Part shown: positions 23,301 through 25,717 of the stretch, piece after piece
Layout of the letters: every line of letters starts with the position of its first letter
Numbering within the stretch: the first letter of the stretch is position 1
Assembly: GCA_009103225.1 (NCBI GenBank)
Contig: RHPI01003053.1
Span: 1 to 25,717 of the forward strand
DNA from: Chlorokybus atmophyticus
Lineage: Eukaryota; Plantae; Mesostigma and Chlorokybus algae
Reading direction: 5' to 3'
Length of the DNA stretch: 25,717 bases
The notes under the pieces: model-generated
Told to the model about the DNA's origin: nothing
The model's database searches: none
The model's input: only the letters and a program-made list of their open reading frames with translations
Made by a program: the position numbers and the translations under genes

Positions 23301-25717
23301 CTTCTCCACCTTGCTCAGCCGATACTGCCGACGAAAGATGGGCTCTGGAGAGGTCAACTCAATGTCCATTGTGTAGAAGTTGCAAACTCCCAACTCCTTG
23401 GTAGAGTAGGCGAAGCAGTCACGCTTGCGCGCCAGCAAAGCCTCGAGCCACTCACGCTCATGTGGTGTCACATGCTCGCCTATACACCACTCCATGGTCT
23501 GGTCGGTGGCCTTTTCCTGCTTCAAGGCACCATCTACAGCCGCTTTCTTGCCACTTGCAGCTGTCACAGGCGAAAAAGACACCCCCTTACTCTCCTCATC
23601 ATGTACAACCTGCTCCCACCCCCTCGACAGAGGCGCAGGCTCCCGACGCGCTTGCTGTCGCATCGGCATGATGCTTGCCACCAACTCTTGTGCCGCCAAG
23701 CAGACAACCATCAGCCACACCATGCTGTTCTGGTCCATGGCTTGTCCTAGCAGCACACGGCGCTGTTGTTCACTTAGTCCCGGCGCCGCTGTCGCACCGG
23801 ACAAGAACCCCATCGCACGCTCGCGCTCACCAGCTGTTGGCTCTTCCAACCTGCTGTTCTGTGAGTCCCACACCAGCCCTGGCCCTCCCTTGCGGAATGC
23901 ATAAGAGCCTGGGTATGTCACCAATGTCGGCAGCGCCGCCATGTCGTGCCCGACCTGGTTCACCACCTCTTGAGGCGGCTGATCAGCCTTGCTGACCTGT
24001 TGTGCTGTGCGCCCATGCTCCAGCACCTGGTTGACTGTAAAACCTTGCGGTCTAGAGTACTCTTGCTGCACCGTGCGAAGCAACTCAACCGGCGCGAGGT
24101 TTGTCCACTTCACACGCAGCCGATGCGCGCGCGAACCATGCCGTGCTGCATCCATGACCAGCTCATGGCCTAGCACATGTCTCACCAGCTGATAGTCTTC
24201 TCGCACGCGCTTGCGCTTGTCATCTTCAGCTGGTACATTCTCGACGATGTACGCCATGGGCTGCTCTTGTCCTTGCTGAATCCTGTTGATGATGCGCACT
24301 AACTCCCAAAACAATGACGAGCGCGCATCCATCAATCCTTTGCCATGACCAGCCCGTGAATGCCCTTGGCATTCCCACCCGGCTACAAGCAAATGCACAT
24401 GGCCGATAGCTGCAAGTTGATGTGGCCCTATCAAGCAAATGTCTTGCGGCCATGTGCTTTGAAAGCCCTTCACCGCATCCTCATGTAGCAGATCTGGATA
24501 CTTCAACAACATCCTCACATGATGTTGTGCACCTTGTTGTGCCGTTGGCGAAGGGTCCACATAGATATAGCGCCGCAGCTTGATGCCGGCGTTCAACGCG
24601 GCCGCAAGCCCACTTGCAATGCCACCGAACAGCTCCACCATCACAACACCCTCCTCGGGGACCTTCCACTCGACGGTGCTGTAGTTGATAGGCGGATGAA
24701 CAGCTCTCACACCCTCGGGCAGCAATGGCGGCTCCAATGCCATCACATCCTTCATCCATGCTTGGCTAACCTTGTCTTGAGCCTCTTGTTGCCGCTGAGC
24801 ACGATGTTGTGAAGCCAACTCCAGCTCTTGTGACTGAGTTTGCGCCATATAGACCAGCTCCGGAGGTCTCCCCTCCTCCATGTGTGCGAGGACACTCTCC
24901 CCCTCCTCCACATGGTCATAGTACATGTCGGTGCTGTCACCAAGCCATCCCTTGACTGAACGGCGACTCAAGCACGCCCACACAGCAGATGCAGAGGTTG
25001 GAGACCTCTCAAGACCCCCTTGTGTGATGCTCAACGGAAAATAGGCCTTCTCCCCTCCACCCACACGCCAACGCGGCCGAAAGAACCCTTGTTCGATCCA
25101 ATTGTCAACGCCGCCGCCGACGGGGAACAAGAAGTCTTGTCCGAGCAGCACATCGTACCCCTTTGCATCCGTGATGAGGCATCGAACCTTGAAGGACGTG
25201 GTAGCACCTCCCACCGCAGTCAAGCATATGTCCACCGGCTGCACCGTTATGCCGCACACGGCCTCTACGGTCCCCGCCGAGGTATTGATCATGACCGGGC
25301 ATGGCTCCCACTCCTTGGGGCTGAGTCCCATCCCCTTGACAGCTCTAGCACCCAAAATGACAGGTTGTGCACCTGTATCCACCAAGACAACATCTGGCAC
25401 GAAGCCGTCTAGGCTGATGTGCCCCCCACGGTTGTCCACCATCGCCACATTCGGCGATATCTTCTCTCTCAAGGCCGGCCGAGTGGCGGGAAGCATTGCC
25501 AACATCCCTCCTACACTCCCCACACCTTCCTCCAGCTTGTCTTCAAGCTGAGTGAGAGAACTCGACGCCGACGCGGACCCCTCGGGCGCCGCCAGCTCCG
25601 CGCGCGCAACCATACGGCCTGCTTGCGCCACCATATCTTCATGAGACTTGCTCATATGGTCATGAGACTTTGTCGAGGCAGTCCTAGTGGTGTCTAGAGC
25701 ACTTTGCAACAGCTCCA
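20397..25717 (-). CDS. pol: Ty3/Gypsy polyprotein (5'-truncated by the window edge): PR - C5 DNA methyltransferase - RT - RNase H - IN - PHD
   Basis: At least 1772 codons without a stop. The ORF-track start is an internal TTG and the frame stays open to the window edge. Gypsy domain order (RT-RH before IN); all catalytic motifs are readable. Confidence 0.97.
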   Translation of the reverse strand, partial: ELLQSALDTTRTASTKSHDHMSKSHEDMVAQAGRMVARAELAAPEGSASASSSLTQLEDKLEEGVGSVGGMLAMLPATRPALREKISPNVAMVDNRGGHISLDGFVPDVVLVDTGAQPVILGARAVKGMGLSPKEWEPCPVMINTSAGTVEAVCGITVQPVDICLTAVGGATTSFKVRCLITDAKGYDVLLGQDFLFPVGGGVDNWIEQGFFRPRWRVGGGEKAYFPLSITQGGLERSPTSASAVWACLSRRSVKGWLGDSTDMYYDHVEEGESVLAHMEEGRPPELVYMAQTQSQELELASQHRAQRQQEAQDKVSQAWMKDVMALEPPLLPEGVRAVHPPINYSTVEWKVPEEGVVMVELFGGIASGLAAALNAGIKLRRYIYVDPSPTAQQGAQHHVRMLLKYPDLLHEDAVKGFQSTWPQDICLIGPHQLAAIGHVHLLVAGWECQGHSRAGHGKGLMDARSSLFWELVRIINRIQQGQEQPMAYIVENVPAEDDKRKRVREDYQLVRHVLGHELVMDAARHGSRAHRLRVKWTNLAPVELLRTVQQEYSRPQGFTVNQVLEHGRTAQQVSKADQPPQEVVNQVGHDMAALPTLVTYPGSYAFRKGGPGLVWDSQNSRLEEPTAGERERAMGFLSGATAAPGLSEQQRRVLLGQAMDQNSMVWLMVVCLAAQELVASIMPMRQQARREPAPLSRGWEQVVHDEESKGVSFSPVTAASGKKAAVDGALKQEKATDQTMEWCIGEHVTPHEREWLEALLARKRDCFAYSTKELGVCNFYTMDIELTSPEPIFRRQYRLSKVEKEFVAEKCADLLEAGLIEESTSDFAAATVLPLKKDAQGNWTSRRMCGDYRPLNEKTKADRYPMPIPEAIFDDIGDAKVFSIVDLRQGFNQIAIKPEDRGKTAFWGVDQLYQWKVMPFGLKNAPVKFQRVMDRVLRGLPFARCYIDDILVFSHTMEEHLVHLERVFERVRESGMRCHPEKCLFGADRIPYLGHEIVPDGVRVQQAKVDALVQVPAPTDISRLRAFLGLANYYRRFVEGYSKIAKPLNELLKKDKAWCWSEECQRAFELLKEKLCTAPVLRRADYNRPFILHTDWSRLGIGAVLCQKDDDGKEYVVAYGSRSNNNAEANYSSYEGECLAVVWAIVHFRPFLYGRPFTLITDHQPLKWLMTNDKLTGKHARWALILQEYEFEIEHRAGVDNMDADGLSRNPNPSSLDESEARHDYGMPVAGFLAYRVASLLVLAGSVEACASMRANAAGDSDNNGVMPPLEAAPAPTVNDIEGEEAEASKDIWRDEQVLAHLKTGLFQAGCSTATRDRVWQRAQRYRWEGNHLVRLMPDGGVRIVPQPHERKPLVELLHERMGHFGVKRTLGLVQSAYWWAGMKSTVAEVVASCVECDRVKASFNAKHPQLHPLPIQGLFYRWSLDLAGDLPVSKRGNRYVLVMIEHFSKWVEVVALPSKESKIVAEAFLDQVLSRFGACAEVLTDQGTEFRGQFDDLLAQAFIDHRRTSRDHPQADGLAERMVQVVKKGLRKYCLNHNKRDWDLALPWLAMGYRMTRQAALSSYSPYFLLYGREPILPTSIRRQVEQELDLEDPNVWEKEMAKRAELFRCVMPIALGNLQVAQHRDTLRYARVRSGFYKPRLQKFQPGDFVYLQRKTKDTLDTSASRTILRVKKLLNNGVLLLEGADARTTKEHMKSCAPCHLPNVDDSVDPALAIPDVGHRCERCGRAEGWDTMLLCDGCVAGWHMECLRPPVEEIPDGTWYCPACTRT
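20409..20543 (-). other. PHD finger (C4HC3) at the integrase C-terminus
   Basis: CERC-x11-CDGC-x4-HMEC-x14-CPAC with LLC and PP....P.G.W.C signatures. Confidence 0.95.
20750..21640 (-). other. Integrase (HHCC zinc finger and DDE core)
   Basis: H..GH...CVEC (21638-21522), D in WSLDLAG (21437-21435), D in TDQGTEF (21257-21255), E in GLAERM (21152-21150). C-terminal FQPGDFVYL. Confidence 0.97.
22085..22450 (-). other. RNase H domain
   Basis: LHTDWS (D at 22430-22428), YEGECLAVVWA, ITDHQPL, DADGLSR. Confidence 0.96.
22480..23350 (-). other. Reverse transcriptase domain
   Basis: RMCGDYRPLN, DLRQGFNQI, MPFGLKNAP, YIDD (22877-22866), LRAFLGLANYYRRF. Confidence 0.98.
23710..24650 (-). other. C5 cytosine DNA methyltransferase domain, DNMT3-like, in frame within pol
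   Basis: Motif I VELFGGIASG (24638-24609), IV AGWECQGHS (Cys 24371-24369), VI YIVENV (ENV 24242-24234), VIII RAHRLRVKWTNL (24131-24099), IX ERERAMGF (23828-23805), X RRVLLGQAM (23762-23736), in canonical order. Confidence 0.93.
25120..25410 (-). other. Retroviral-type aspartic protease domain
   Basis: VLVDTGAQ (DTG at 25379-25371) and C-terminal DVLLGQDFL. Confidence 0.9.

Noticed and set aside
20400-25700. Many plus-strand ORFs of 60-160 aa overlapping pol
   Set aside because: Antisense shadows of a GC-rich coding region; no recognisable domains.

Overview
Repeat-rich eukaryotic DNA with short GT-AG introns, microsatellites and a 375-N scaffold gap. The gene and TE content suggests a green alga or early streptophyte, but this is inference and the taxon cannot be fixed from sequence alone. 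The main feature is an uninterrupted minus-strand Ty3/Gypsy pol ORF (20397 to beyond the window edge) with domain order aspartic protease - C5 cytosine DNA methyltransferase (DNMT3-like, motifs I, IV, VI, VIII, IX, X) - RT - RNase H - integrase - PHD finger, followed by a PPT and 3' LTR. It therefore combines a DNA-methylation writer and a histone-tail reader in one polyprotein. A decayed, oppositely oriented relative (RNase H-IN-PHD, about 8260-10230) abuts a Copia protease remnant. The window also holds a complete 418-bp TRIM (TG..CA LTRs, 5-bp TSD), a candidate 5.9-kb CACTA-like DNA transposon carrying long palindromes, and one 6-exon host gene for a secreted Cys-rich root-cap/VWD-like protein. 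Alignments and coordinates were done by eye; no database searches were run.
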